This document shows, in pieces, positions 1-8,592 of a stretch of DNA of 64,000 bases. The translations under genes were made by a program, and so were the position numbers. Under the pieces are notes generated by a model that saw only the letters and a list, made by a program, of their open reading frames with translations, made no database searches and was not told the origin of the DNA. Each line of letters starts with the position of its first letter. Position 1 is the first letter of the stretch. The stretch spans positions 15,832 through 79,831 of the IMG/VR virus record IMGVR_UViG_3300032268_000293; one strand, written 5' to 3'. The stretch is from a virus.

Positions 1-320
1 GCACAGTGAATGCAGGGAGCATGAGTTAGGAACATAGTTGCGTCATTACCAGATTCGCCATCTCTAGCGAGTTTACTTATCGCATTGGCTTCTGCGTGAA
101 TAACTTCGTCTTTAGTTTTTGTAACAACCCCACCATCTTCGTGAACTTCGATAACTTCTTCGCAGGAATTATCCCAACCTTCTGGCGTTCCGTTGTACCC
201 GATAGAGATAACTCTATGGTTTTTGACCACGATTGCTCCAACTTGGAGACGCTTTGCGTGGCTGAGTTCGGCGAACCTCTCAGCCATGTCCAAATACGCA
301 TCAACCCACTTTCTCTGCAC
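1..320 (-). CDS. cd: dCMP deaminase (3' end runs off the window)
   Basis: Translated by hand from GTG at 320: MQRKWVDAYLDMAERFAELSHAKRLQVGAIVVK...GYNGTPEGWDNSCE...IHAEANAI...THAPCIHC, with HAE and PCxxC zinc motifs. Not in the ORF track. Confidence 0.95.
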   Translation of the reverse strand, partial: MQRKWVDAYLDMAERFAELSHAKRLQVGAIVVKNHRVISIGYNGTPEGWDNSCEEVIEVHEDGGVVTKTKDEVIHAEANAISKLARDGESGNDATMFLTHAPCIHC

Positions 321-771
321 TTTTCACCTTCGATTTTTTTGATGGTTCTGCTACCACCACACCCTCTGGCAAAACATCAGGAAAGTTTTTCTTGACAAAC
401 TCTGCCGTAATTTTTGGATAGAGAGCATCTAGTTTCTGATCTTTTATCGCATTAATGATTTTAACTTCTGATGCATGTAAAGACTCAAGCAATTGAACAT
501 ATAACTGTTCACGACGCAGACGTTTAACATCACTGAATTTTGTGAAAATGTAAAACTTCTTAGTCTCCATTCGAAGATTCGCTGCAGTCATTCCTATTGG
601 TTGGGGCGCAGGTTTAAATGGCGGTGATCCTTCGGGAAGAACGAATTTATACTCTGTGTCAAAAGCGCATTTCAACACAGTCTTAAATGCGAAATCGTCT
701 TTATAATTTGCTACTTTAGATGGATCTTTAACAATCTCATCAAAGACTTCGGTAATGTATTTTGTTGCCAT
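301..771 (-). CDS. conserved T4-like phage protein (DUF6433-like)
   Basis: LPEGSPPFKP...REQLYVQLLESLH motif typical of the ORF next to rnh in T4-like phages. Confidence 0.65.
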   Translation of the reverse strand: MATKYITEVFDEIVKDPSKVANYKDDFAFKTVLKCAFDTEYKFVLPEGSPPFKPAPQPIGMTAANLRMETKKFYIFTKFSDVKRLRREQLYVQLLESLHASEVKIINAIKDQKLDALYPKITAEFVKKNFPDVLPEGVVVAEPSKKSKVKSAEKVG

Positions 772-1643
772 TAGAACTCCTCCACTTCGTCTAGTAATAG
801 TTTACAGCGATGTTCAGTCAGATATTTAAAAACTGACATTTTATCGCCCTTTGGTTTAGTATTTAGAAACACTTGGTGTACCTCTTTCTGAATCTCTTCA
901 GGAATATGTTTGAAATCTACAAGAAGAGTATTTCGTCCCCAGTTACGACGCTCTTCATCAGTCTTACACGCAATAAAACCATTGTCGAAAAATTCTTGTA
1001 GACGTTTTGCTGTAACAGACTTTTGTTTCGTTCCAGTTATAAATGTATCATCAGGAGAAAATATATTGGGAATACCATCACCTGAATCACCACGAACAAC
1101 GTGTTCAATAATCTGACGAGTAATTTCAGAATGCTTGCTAGTTACTGCTTTCTTCTGAATCGGCGACCATTGTTTCACGTTATCGAACACATGAAGTTGT
1201 TTGAAGTCTTTATCGCTGGAGATAATCATAACTTTATCGTTGTGACCAAACTCTTGTGTAAGAAATGTCAATGATGCGATAATGTCATCTGCCTCAGCAC
1301 GATCCATGTGAATAACTTTCCAAGGAAAGTGTTCTTGAATCTCAAGACGAATATCGTTTAGAGTATCAAAGATTAAATTCCAATCAAGATCTGAGTTCTC
1401 TCTATGTTTTTTACGCCCAGCTTTGTAGTTTGGGAACACATCGCGACGCCAGTAACGACGACCATCACAACAAATAACAACCTCACCATATTCTTTTCCG
1501 TATTTCTTTTTGTAGTACTTGATCGTTGATAGAGTTGAGTGGCGAATCAGATTCTTAATATCTGCTGGCGAACCCTTCTTCAGATCGCTTTGAAACGCAA
1601 GGATGTTACTCAATGCAACTTGACTATAATCTATTAGAATCAT
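771..1643 (-). CDS. rnh: T4-type RNase H / 5'-3' exonuclease
   Basis: ILIDYSQ, YWRRDVFPNYKAGR, EADDII, SSDKDFKQL and GDSGDGIPNI motifs. Confidence 0.95.
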   Translation of the reverse strand: MILIDYSQVALSNILAFQSDLKKGSPADIKNLIRHSTLSTIKYYKKKYGKEYGEVVICCDGRRYWRRDVFPNYKAGRKKHRENSDLDWNLIFDTLNDIRLEIQEHFPWKVIHMDRAEADDIIASLTFLTQEFGHNDKVMIISSDKDFKQLHVFDNVKQWSPIQKKAVTSKHSEITRQIIEHVVRGDSGDGIPNIFSPDDTFITGTKQKSVTAKRLQEFFDNGFIACKTDEERRNWGRNTLLVDFKHIPEEIQKEVHQVFLNTKPKGDKMSVFKYLTEHRCKLLLDEVEEF

Positions 1644-2737
1644 TTAAATGCTCTCACTAAAATTGTTTCTTCGTTGATACGACCATTTGGTTGGGCTTCT
1701 TTCGTTTTGATATTACGAAACTCTGGAGTGAGACTGCGCTTCGGAGTTGACAACACTTTTGGTAGGAACTCTTCAGGTTTTCTGAGAGTCTTCATACTAG
1801 AACCTTTAACAGTGTAGTTGATAATGGTTGTACCTTTAACACCAAGTCCATTACTATCAGCAGAACGATAAACTGCTAGACGACGATACTTCGTGCTATA
1901 AACCCACAACTCATCAGCACCAATAATGTCGGCAGGATTAATACTCTTAAGTTTTAACTCTGCGAACTCTTTTAGGTATTTCATCTTAGCAACCTGAACT
2001 GAAGCAGGTTTTGCTTTACGAGCACGTGGTTTACGAATTGCTTTAGCAGCAACTTTCTGCTCTTCGCATTGTTCAACTAATGACTCGAGAAGAGTAATAA
2101 AACGCTTGAGTTCTATTTTCTTAAAATTACTGTATCCCTCAACAAGTTGTTCATCTGTACCTTCGTACGCTTCTTGCATTTCAGCGATACGTGGTTTGAT
2201 AAATGAAGCAATGTGTTTTACAATCTGTGCATTGTAGGATTTGATTGGTGTTTTAAATTTGAAATCTTTCGGGCAACCAGAAAGAACAAACTCATCAATC
2301 TCACCTTCAATCTCACCACCAACCTCACGTGCTTTCTCAAGAATACGATCTTGAATATTGACAACAACAGTTGGTGCTGCTACCTTTGCTTTTGGTTTAT
2401 TGATTTTTTTTGTGGTGAGTTCTTTGATTTTGTTGTTTAGAAACAACTGTTCAGATTCTTGGAGTTTGCCACCAAGGTCAACTGAACGAATAAGAACACC
2501 GATAGTGTGAAAGTCAAAATCAGGCAACGAGTCAAGATGCTCTGCTAGTTGCGCATGCTTTTGCTTTTTGTAATGTTTGACGACCCATGATTTACGAGAT
2601 TTCGAATCTGTGTTTTTGGCATGCCAATTCAACACAGCATTCAAATCGTAATCATCATCAGACAAGAATGGTTCGTCGCTTTTGCCAGAAACTCGATCAA
2701 TGAGTTTCTGACGCTTTTCTGCTTTATCACTAGACAT
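1640..2737 (-). CDS. conserved hypothetical phage protein
   Basis: 365-aa ORF overlapping the rnh start, directly downstream of a consensus early promoter. Confidence 0.75.
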   Translation of the reverse strand: MSSDKAEKRQKLIDRVSGKSDEPFLSDDDYDLNAVLNWHAKNTDSKSRKSWVVKHYKKQKHAQLAEHLDSLPDFDFHTIGVLIRSVDLGGKLQESEQLFLNNKIKELTTKKINKPKAKVAAPTVVVNIQDRILEKAREVGGEIEGEIDEFVLSGCPKDFKFKTPIKSYNAQIVKHIASFIKPRIAEMQEAYEGTDEQLVEGYSNFKKIELKRFITLLESLVEQCEEQKVAAKAIRKPRARKAKPASVQVAKMKYLKEFAELKLKSINPADIIGADELWVYSTKYRRLAVYRSADSNGLGVKGTTIINYTVKGSSMKTLRKPEEFLPKVLSTPKRSLTPEFRNIKTKEAQPNGRINEETILVRAFK

Positions 2738-2759
2738 AGAAGTCTCCTTTCAAGTATAT

Positions 2760-2788
2760 ATTATACCTGAAAACATAATAATTGTCAA
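2760..2788 (-). promoter_or_regulatory. sigma70-type early promoter
   Basis: TTGACA-N17-TATAAT on the minus strand. Confidence 0.85.
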
Positions 2789-2791
2789 GCA

Positions 2792-2983
2792 TTATTTACT
2801 GCCAGAAATCCTCAGTCCAGAGACTCCTGCAAAGAGAATTGCTGCTGCAGCCCAAGTCTCAATTGTGTATTGGATTGCCAATACTGGGAACAGAGTATTA
2901 AGAGACCAGATTGTAAGAATCGGTCCAATAACAACAAGAAAGATAATAAACGCAATTAGAAACAACACTTTAGTCATAATCAC
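2792..2983 (-). CDS. small membrane protein
   Basis: 63 aa, two hydrophobic segments. Confidence 0.65.
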   Translation of the reverse strand: MIMTKVLFLIAFIIFLVVIGPILTIWSLNTLFPVLAIQYTIETWAAAAILFAGVSGLRISGSK

Positions 2984-3210
2984 TTCCCTTTAATAATTGC
3001 CATTTTCTCACAAGTAGAACGAACATCTTTATTACCAGTAGATAATTGAGATGCACATGCTGCGACAGTTGGATCAATACCACGTGCAATCGCAGCATTA
3101 ACAATCTCTTTAGAATTATTACTCTCAATCACATTGTAGTATGTCACACAACCAATCAAAGTTGTAGCGATAATACCCAACACACTAATAAACATATTAC
3201 CTTCATTCAT
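2980..3210 (-). CDS. small membrane-anchored protein
   Basis: Likely start MNEGNMF at 3210, followed by an N-terminal TM segment; the upstream part of the track ORF overlaps the previous gene. Confidence 0.6.
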   Translation of the reverse strand: MNEGNMFISVLGIIATTLIGCVTYYNVIESNNSKEIVNAAIARGIDPTVAACASQLSTGNKDVRSTCEKMAIIKGK

Positions 3211-3592
3211 TTTCTTTTTCCTCTTCAAGAACAACTGGGTCTGGATGTGGTGGATAATCTTCTGTAAGTTCTCCACTGAATTCAATAATCGATTCGTAAC
3301 GGAAAGATCTCCAATCTTGTTTATCAAGATCAAAAACTGCGATTGAATCTTCAGGAGATTTTCTTTTACCGTTTCCAGTAGACTTCTTATCTTCTGGGAT
3401 AAGTTCTTCATTTAACGTACACCTCATCTTTCTAATTTCACCATTCACTTTCTTGAATGTGAGATTAACCTCAATCTCTTTCAACAATCCAGCGAACCAT
3501 TTTTTAAAGTTGGGATGATTAAGTTCTTCTTTGCGTCTCTTCTCTTCCTCAACATCTATAACGTCTATAACATCAATAATATCATTTGTCAT
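3203..3592 (-). CDS. WYL-2 / Sm-like SH3 beta-barrel protein (DUF2693-like)
   Basis: TFKKVNGEIRKMRCTL...VFDLDKQDWRSFR signature. Confidence 0.8.
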   Translation of the reverse strand: MTNDIIDVIDVIDVEEEKRRKEELNHPNFKKWFAGLLKEIEVNLTFKKVNGEIRKMRCTLNEELIPEDKKSTGNGKRKSPEDSIAVFDLDKQDWRSFRYESIIEFSGELTEDYPPHPDPVVLEEEKENE

Positions 3593-3920
3593 TTACTTCT
3601 CTCCATAAATCAGTACCCTCAAGAATAACACCCTTCTTTTGCGGATATGCTACACTAAATCTTTCACTCAATTCGTCTTTTGTCCCACCTTGGCAAATGA
3701 ATGCTTGGTTAGTTGTGTTGTATAAGAAATATTCGCTGTTGTGTTTCTCAACACGCATAGGAACAACGTTCTCTTTAAACTGTTCTTGTATTTCAGCAAG
3801 ATCGTTCGATAATTCATTATGTAATTGTTTTACAAGATATTTCGCATAAAGTTCTCTAAGAACCCAACCAGTATGAACTGCACCAATAATGATGGCAACT
3901 AAAAATAACAGATCAATCAT
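3582..3920 (-). CDS. hypothetical protein with N-terminal TM
   Basis: Tightly packed ORF in the operon. Confidence 0.6.
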   Translation of the reverse strand: MIDLLFLVAIIIGAVHTGWVLRELYAKYLVKQLHNELSNDLAEIQEQFKENVVPMRVEKHNSEYFLYNTTNQAFICQGGTKDELSERFSVAYPQKKGVILEGTDLWREVNDK

Positions 3921-4585
3921 AACAACTTATCTTGTTTGTACTCAGACAGGTCAACTTCCATAGGAACAACCTTCCAACCAATTGCGTTCAAGTCGTTCTG
4001 AACTTCATCATCAATATTACCTTCACCACCAGAGCAGTACCAATTCAAGTAGTCGCCTTCGCCGAGGATATCAGCAATCAAACCACCAGTAGCACGCCAG
4101 CTGTAACCTGTAGTGTAGTCGCCGTATACTAAGTCGTTATTACACAAAGTTGCGTAGAAACGGACACAGTAGTTTCTACTATTACGCATCTTAGTTTTGA
4201 TGGTATCGGAGTCTTGAATATTGCGTATAAGATTTGGTTGTTGAAGATCGATATGATCTTTGTCATCAGTAATGAAGTCTGTTTGCTTTTCAAAATCAGC
4301 CATCCACTCTTGACGTAGTTTCTCAAGAGTACCTGCTCGATCGCGTAGATAAACCTTGCTATGAACAGTAGAGAAAAAACTACTGAATGTGTTAAATTGT
4401 TCTTCAGTTAAAAACATCTCAAGTTTGTTAAAATCCAACTTACCAGAGTTGTCAGTCTTACCAATCATCACATGAATGTAATCAGGATGAGCATCGAACA
4501 CATTAATATATGTGGTTACGTCGCCATGGTCGATCTCCAAGTGTTCATGAATTTCAGTCTCAAGTTTATCAATTTGACTGTCCAC
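3917..4585 (-). CDS. hypothetical phage protein
   Basis: 222 aa; C-terminal SWRATGG...DYLNWYCSG motif; overlaps its neighbours. Confidence 0.7.
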   Translation of the reverse strand: MDSQIDKLETEIHEHLEIDHGDVTTYINVFDAHPDYIHVMIGKTDNSGKLDFNKLEMFLTEEQFNTFSSFFSTVHSKVYLRDRAGTLEKLRQEWMADFEKQTDFITDDKDHIDLQQPNLIRNIQDSDTIKTKMRNSRNYCVRFYATLCNNDLVYGDYTTGYSWRATGGLIADILGEGDYLNWYCSGGEGNIDDEVQNDLNAIGWKVVPMEVDLSEYKQDKLL

Positions 4586-4724
4586 GATGCTTCTCCTTGC
4601 GTGTGTATTTCTTTTTGTTTAACTCAACTCGACAACGATATTTTGGTGTGCGCAAATCCTTAGCAATCCAATTTCTTGGTTTACTTACGGGAATAACCAG
4701 CGCACATCGAGTATCCATCATCAT
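4569..4724 (-). CDS. ArfA-like (alternative ribosome rescue factor A-like) small basic protein
   Basis: Translated by hand: MMMDTRCALVIPVSKPRNWIAKDLRTPKYRCRVELNKKKYTRKEKHRGQSN. Aligns by eye with the ArfA core. AAGGA SD upstream. Confidence 0.6.
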   Translation of the reverse strand: MMMDTRCALVIPVSKPRNWIAKDLRTPKYRCRVELNKKKYTRKEKHRGQSN

Positions 4725-4866
4725 GTCCTTGTGTATATTGTTGCATACCTAGAGTATTTAAATAACTCTCCAACTCTTTATATTTTACCTCGGAAATATC
4801 ATTAATGTCAACCCCCAAGATTTGCAGGACTCGAACAGTGGCAAAATCAAGTTCGCTCTGATACAT
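4681..4866 (-). CDS. hypothetical protein
   Basis: 61-aa ORF in the operon. Confidence 0.5.
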   Translation of the reverse strand: MYQSELDFATVRVLQILGVDINDISEVKYKELESYLNTLGMQQYTQGHDDGYSMCAGYSRK

Positions 4867-5095
4867 CTTCGCGATCTTTCTTATTCATTGACCATGGTTT
4901 ATTTTTTGCGTCACGTTCTGCAAGTTCTGCTTGAATCATCTGTCGTTTAAATGTATTTCTTTCATCTTGAGATTTGAAAGGCATTAAAGCCAACAGTCTC
5001 TTTACTGTTTTCGACATAACATATGTTGATGTTGGTTTCTGTGTCCAAGAAATAAATTCAACATGCTCTGTTTTTCTAACTTTCTTTTTAGCCAT
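4847..5095 (-). CDS. hypothetical basic protein
   Basis: 82 aa, GAGGAG SD. Confidence 0.65.
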   Translation of the reverse strand: MAKKKVRKTEHVEFISWTQKPTSTYVMSKTVKRLLALMPFKSQDERNTFKRQMIQAELAERDAKNKPWSMNKKDREDVSERT

Positions 5096-5104
5096 AATTT
5101 CTCC

Positions 5105-5389
5105 TCATAGCATTCTTATTAAACCAATAGTATCAATTGTTGTTAGCAGGATGTAGTTAGCCAACATGCCAAATGATTTCCGAGTATAACTAGCCCAAGC
5201 ATACATAGCACAACCAAAGATCCAGATAGGATATAAAACAAGTAAGGGAGGATTAGGGACTGTGAGTGCCATAGTGATCGAACACCCGATAGAGATCGCC
5301 CAAGCCAAAACCTCAACAACGAAACGTAATTTGTTACTTTTCCAATCATCTTTTATCCATGCAAATGTATTTATCAAAAATCCTAACAT
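5105..5389 (-). CDS. small 3-TM membrane protein
   Basis: Three hydrophobic helices in 94 aa. Confidence 0.7.
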   Translation of the reverse strand: MLGFLINTFAWIKDDWKSNKLRFVVEVLAWAISIGCSITMALTVPNPPLLVLYPIWIFGCAMYAWASYTRKSFGMLANYILLTTIDTIGLIRML

Positions 5390-6264
5390 ACTTCCACCAC
5401 TTTTAGTTCAAAGGTATTAGAGATACCTTCGTAACCGAGATATCCACGAGGATTACACACAACACGTGTGTTCCCGATCATATAATCATATCGCTCATGC
5501 GTATGACCATGTGTCCACAATTTAATTTGGGGGTGATCTAAAATATATTCTACATAGTCGTTGTGATAACCACCATTCATGTACTCATCGTCAGAGTAAC
5601 GAGGATGCATAGATTGCCTTGATGGGGTGTGATGTCCAACAACAACTACTTTATCGTTTTCAGAAACAATGTGTTTGATGTAATCAAAACATTTTTTGTT
5701 TTCTTCAACAGCATCTTCAGGACAAAACGTCGCGACACGTGTTTTGAATGATGGGATTTGACGCCCATCTTCCGTAACCTCAAATGTTTTGTAACTTACC
5801 TCACGATTGCTGTTTTTTACACAGTTAAAATCGTTCATCATACTTTTGATGTGATACATTGTCATTGGATCTTCATTGTTCATGTTAGTCCACAATGTAC
5901 CACCAACAAATGTAATGTCATCAATCTTCAAAAGTTCTTTATCAAGAACATGAACATTCGTCAAGTATTTGAATTTGTGCTTCAACGAAGACAACGTATA
6001 TCTGAAGTCGCCATGGTAATGTTCATGATTACCAGCTACATAGATAACATGTGGAAACTCAGAAGCGCAATCCTGAAAGAATCTATGATACATGTTCGAT
6101 TTGTTTCTTGCGAAACCAGTCTCGACTTGTTGTTCGTTCCATTCATCAAGATCGTTCTCAACTAGAATGTCACCAGAGAGGATGAGTACATCAACATCTC
6201 CAGGATTCTTTAGGATAAGTGGTCCGAACTCTAAATGAACATCGGAACATACTGCAATTTTCAT
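5383..6264 (-). CDS. calcineurin-like metallophosphoesterase
   Basis: DVH, GD, GNHE, HH and GHTH motifs. Confidence 0.92.
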   Translation of the reverse strand: MKIAVCSDVHLEFGPLILKNPGDVDVLILSGDILVENDLDEWNEQQVETGFARNKSNMYHRFFQDCASEFPHVIYVAGNHEHYHGDFRYTLSSLKHKFKYLTNVHVLDKELLKIDDITFVGGTLWTNMNNEDPMTMYHIKSMMNDFNCVKNSNREVSYKTFEVTEDGRQIPSFKTRVATFCPEDAVEENKKCFDYIKHIVSENDKVVVVGHHTPSRQSMHPRYSDDEYMNGGYHNDYVEYILDHPQIKLWTHGHTHERYDYMIGNTRVVCNPRGYLGYEGISNTFELKVVEVC

Positions 6265-6267
6265 AAA

Positions 6268-6645
6268 TTAACCTCTACGCATTCTTGAAATATCTTTCGC
6301 TTCCTCTTCGCTAAAAACAGGAACAGCGTTAGACTTATGTAAAGTGCCGATACCAATAATTTTGGTACCAGTGTAAACTGGATTTGGTTTTAAAGTGCCA
6401 CCATGAGAATTACCAGTGCTGACGCTAGGATAGTGGACAGATTCTCCCCGAGGTGGAGTACTACGATTTGACTTGTAAGTGTCACTGACTGATACAGTTG
6501 TTTTAGGTTTGACATCGTATTTCCTTTTCAAAATTTCCCATGATTCTTGTTGAGCAAAAAATCTGCGTTTTTCCTCAGCAGATTTAAATTTCTGCTTACG
6601 TTTCTTGGTAGAAGTGGTGGTAAAAAAAGCAGGCATCATACCCAT
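6268..6645 (-). CDS. conserved hypothetical basic protein
   Basis: C-terminal GIGTLHKSNAVPVF...ISRMRR motif; has its own promoter. Confidence 0.75.
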   Translation of the reverse strand: MGMMPAFFTTTSTKKRKQKFKSAEEKRRFFAQQESWEILKRKYDVKPKTTVSVSDTYKSNRSTPPRGESVHYPSVSTGNSHGGTLKPNPVYTGTKIIGIGTLHKSNAVPVFSEEEAKDISRMRRG

Positions 6646-6665
6646 AAGTTTCTCCTTGTAAGGAT

Positions 6666-6723
6666 ATTATACTTTAGATTCGTATTATTGTCAAGCATTA
6701 ACCCTACTGTAAGTAAGGTTATT
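6666..6723 (-). promoter_or_regulatory. early promoter with upstream CCCTAC-N5-GTAGGG-type palindrome
   Basis: TTGACA-N17-TATAAT at 6666-6694; imperfect palindrome at 6697-6723. Confidence 0.8.
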
Positions 6724-7744
6724 TTACCTCAATACTGTAAGACGCTACACGAGTAGCAAGAGAATTGTCCAGCAGAAATTCTATATTAGCTGGAGTTTTT
6801 TTGTTTGTTTGTATTACAACTGTATCTGTTTCAAAATAATTGTTCGTATTGAAAAATACGTAGTTGTTTTTTCTAGATGAACCAGCAGGATAAAACTCAA
6901 TCATCTTAAGATCGTGTGACGTATGTTTCATTTGTTTCAAAACAGAACCATTGGAATCTTTCAATGTTATAATAAAATAATTTACGTTATACTTAGAAAT
7001 ATTCTCTAAGTCAAACCCAACATCATGGCAATCTTTTGAGTCGACTTGTTTACTTTCAGTAAAACAGTATGTATTTCCATTTCTTGTTTTTGTTTTTGCA
7101 GGATTCATGAATATCGATCCAGCAATTAGAACAGGATGATAAAACGAACTTCCATAATAAACATTACTTTGAAAATCTCTGTCTACTGATTCTTTACCAG
7201 CGTATTTTGCGAAATTCTGAAAATCATTTACCCACTTATGTTGCCATGAAACAAAACCATTAATCGAAACTCTAGTGCTAATGTCGTGAGGATAAACGTC
7301 AATCTTGTTTGTTGAGAAATGATAAGCAGATGTTTGAGAGATTTTTTCAATCATAGTTCTACGATTGTTCATCTCATCAATCTTAGATTTAATTCTGTCA
7401 TCAAATAATGGTTTATCACGTTCGATTTGAAATACACTCGGTTTCGTTTCATCAACAACAGCACGAATAGTTACTATCCAATGCTGGTGAGTTCTTTGAG
7501 AACGCAAAACTTCTGACTCGAGTATAATTCCTGAAACATAATCATCTATTTCTTCGGAATACTGTTTACCATCAGTTTTTCTATGACCAAGATTAAAAGA
7601 ACCTGTCACTTTCTCAACTGCTTCAATTTTTGCTCTGCGTATTGCTTCTTCTTGGGTATCGCCTTTACCTGTTGTCTCAACAGTCACGGCAGCAAATGTT
7701 ACATTAGTAAAAAATAAACAAGCAATCAAGAAATGTGGTTTCAT
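6719..7744 (-). CDS. exported protein with LPP20/FlgT-N-like N-terminal domain
   Basis: Signal peptide, then VETTGKG...EEAIRRAKIEAVEKVTG. Confidence 0.6.
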   Translation of the reverse strand: MKPHFLIACLFFTNVTFAAVTVETTGKGDTQEEAIRRAKIEAVEKVTGSFNLGHRKTDGKQYSEEIDDYVSGIILESEVLRSQRTHQHWIVTIRAVVDETKPSVFQIERDKPLFDDRIKSKIDEMNNRRTMIEKISQTSAYHFSTNKIDVYPHDISTRVSINGFVSWQHKWVNDFQNFAKYAGKESVDRDFQSNVYYGSSFYHPVLIAGSIFMNPAKTKTRNGNTYCFTESKQVDSKDCHDVGFDLENISKYNVNYFIITLKDSNGSVLKQMKHTSHDLKMIEFYPAGSSRKNNYVFFNTNNYFETDTVVIQTNKKTPANIEFLLDNSLATRVASYSIEVK

Positions 7745-7863
7745 TTGGATTTAACCCAGTCTCCGACTTTCTTAAGATCTTCGCCAGCACCCGAAAGGGT
7801 GCCACCTACTGTTCCGCACCCAATCAATGCAGTAGTCAAAACAAGCATAACAAGTTTTTTCAT
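7741..7863 (-). CDS. entericidin EcnA/B-like small lipoprotein
   Basis: Translated by hand: MKKLVMLVLTTALIGCGTVGGTLSGAGEDLKKVGDWVKSK, with lipobox LIGC and a GAGEDL motif. Confidence 0.7.
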   Translation of the reverse strand: MKKLVMLVLTTALIGCGTVGGTLSGAGEDLKKVGDWVKSK

Positions 7864-8531
7864 TATCGTAATCCCTCAATCATTGCTTTTAGTTGATGCG
7901 AAGCAGCAATAGAATGTTTAGAAACACGAACTTCCACTGATACTAGGTTGCTATCTTTCTCAATGTTTCGATTTGTAATGACAAGACCACGCAAAAGAGC
8001 AGCAGAATTGTCTGTCATTTGTTCTTTAACATAAGTAGCAACACGCTGACCACGATTACGTTCTTCAGCTGTCATAGTTTCTGAATTGCCACCACCATCT
8101 TCAAGATCATCAAGATTTGATGCTTTATCATTTCCCTCAGTCTTATTGGATTTTAAAGATTCATTTGCGTCAGTTTTGAGCAAAGTCTTTGTGATTGTTT
8201 TTGAGAATTTATTTGAACTTACATCGTTTGATAAAAACTCAGCAACATTTCGTTTAGCACGCATCAATGCAATATTATATGCGTCTTCACGTGAAGATGT
8301 GTGATTTGTTTGGATGTAAGCAGTGCCTGTAGAAACAAGACCAAAGAAATTCCCCTGTTCGTCAAACTCAACTTTAATGAGTCCGTTCGATTTTAAGAAT
8401 TGGGCTTCTTTCTTTTCCAGTTTAGCAACTGGAGCAGGTGCTTCGGGTGGGAGTTGTGTGACAGTTTTGGTTGACGAACAACCAGCAACGAACAGCGCAC
8501 AAACTGACATAACAATAACACTTCGTTTCAT
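7863..8531 (-). CDS. LPP20-like lipoprotein
   Basis: Lipobox VAGC; A-x-x-x-A-x-M-R-A-K-x-x-V-A-E helix. Confidence 0.7.
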   Translation of the reverse strand: MKRSVIVMSVCALFVAGCSSTKTVTQLPPEAPAPVAKLEKKEAQFLKSNGLIKVEFDEQGNFFGLVSTGTAYIQTNHTSSREDAYNIALMRAKRNVAEFLSNDVSSNKFSKTITKTLLKTDANESLKSNKTEGNDKASNLDDLEDGGGNSETMTAEERNRGQRVATYVKEQMTDNSAALLRGLVITNRNIEKDSNLVSVEVRVSKHSIAASHQLKAMIEGLR

Positions 8532-8563
8532 AATTTAGATCCTTTTCAAGTTAAGGTAGAATA

Positions 8564-8592
8564 ATTATACCTTACATACTATTTTTTGTCAA
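8564..8592 (-). promoter_or_regulatory. sigma70-type early promoter
   Basis: TTGACA-N17-TATAAT. Confidence 0.85.

Noticed and set aside
77-304. 75-aa minus-strand ORF in the track
   Set aside because: Wrong frame; the real gene is the dCMP deaminase running off the window edge.
771-800. RNase H C-terminus LLDEVEEF as another clamp motif
   Set aside because: Does not match the (L/I)DEFF pattern and is the usual family ending.
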